From assembly GCA_951406725.2 (NCBI GenBank), contig OX597827.1:49724001-49788000 (forward strand): a stretch of DNA of 64,000 nt, in the 5' to 3' direction. A program made the position numbers and the translations under genes. Below the pieces are notes generated by a model, which saw nothing but the letters and a program-made list of their open reading frames with translations, had not been told where the DNA came from and searched no databases. Positions 63,205-64,000 of this stretch are shown in pieces (position 1 is the first letter of the stretch; each line of letters begins with the position of its first letter). Source of the stretch: Octopus vulgaris. Lineage: Eukaryota.

Positions 63205-64000
63205 CTTCAGGACAGAGAGTACTCACGGCGAAGTGAGAAAAATATTGGCTTCAAAGCTGAATGCCAGAAACATAATTTCGGCAATAAACTCGCGCACCGT
63301 CGCAGTAGTTCATTTATGGCGCTGGAATCCTGAAGTGGACAGAGGAGGAGCTAAAGGAGATAGACAGGAAGTCAAGAAAGATCCTAACGATGCATAGAGC
63401 CCATCATCCACGCGAAGACACTGATTGCCTATACATGAAGAGAGCAAATGGAGGAAGGGGACTTATAAGTGTGGAAGACCGCGTGCATATTGAACTCGAG
63501 TGCTTAATGAGTTACCTAGCTCAAAGTAAGGAAACCTTGCTAGTGACAAAAAAAGGGAAAACGAAGGAAGAAGTACAAAAACGACATGAAGAAGAATTAC
63601 GCAAGATGGGACTACATAATCAATTCCATGTAGCCACAAAAGAAGTTGCTGGAAAAATAGGTGGGATTGGCTGATGAAAGGAACCCTAAAAAAAGAGACT
63701 GAAAGCACTATATTGGCAGCGCAGGATCAAGCTCTGGCCACGAACTGGAGGGCCAATCTGAGGAATGAGCAAGTGTTTTCGCTGTGCCCCATCTGCAATA
63801 CAGGGGATGAAACCATTGCCCACATCACGAACGAATGCCCTAGTCTTGTCCAAAACCACTACAGATTGTGGCGACACGACCAGGTAGCGAAAGTGCAACA
63901 TTGGAAACTGTACGAAAAGTGGGGGTCAGAGTGGCAAGACGTGGTATGAACACAAACCACAGACTAGCAAAATTCTCTGGGATTTCTCAATCCAAAATGA
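63205..64000 (+). mobile_element. R4/Dong-like non-LTR retrotransposon fragment
   Basis: LYMKRANGGRGL, ETESTILAAQDQAL, CPICNTGDETIAHITNEC and RHDQVA. Frameshifted, same family type as 45365-46425. Confidence 0.85.

Overview
AT-rich, repeat-dense animal DNA; the SINE families, microsatellites and gene content point to a cephalopod, probably Octopus (inference). It holds two convergent genes. A FANK1 orthologue (FN3 + ankyrin repeats) has 9 phase-compatible coding exons on + from 604 to 28423, with its first exon upstream of the window. A 7-finger C2H2 transcription factor on - (43056-44729) ends in an Ikaros/Hunchback-type finger pair. The rest is mobile DNA: at least four SINE families, decayed L1/Tx1, CR1-group, RTE and R4/Dong-like LINEs, a DD37D (maT) transposase relic, Helitrons, and a MITE with 8-bp TSDs carrying TTAGGG repeats. 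The least explained signal is a group of short non-coding elements in or beside (TA)n/(TATG)n arrays. Several carry minimal hammerhead-ribozyme motifs. Two copies show a covarying helix with hammerhead core parts in a non-canonical order, and others are long fold-back palindromes. Almost all ORFs in the supplied track are microsatellite or repeat artefacts. All calls were made by eye and repeat boundaries are approximate unless a TSD is quoted.
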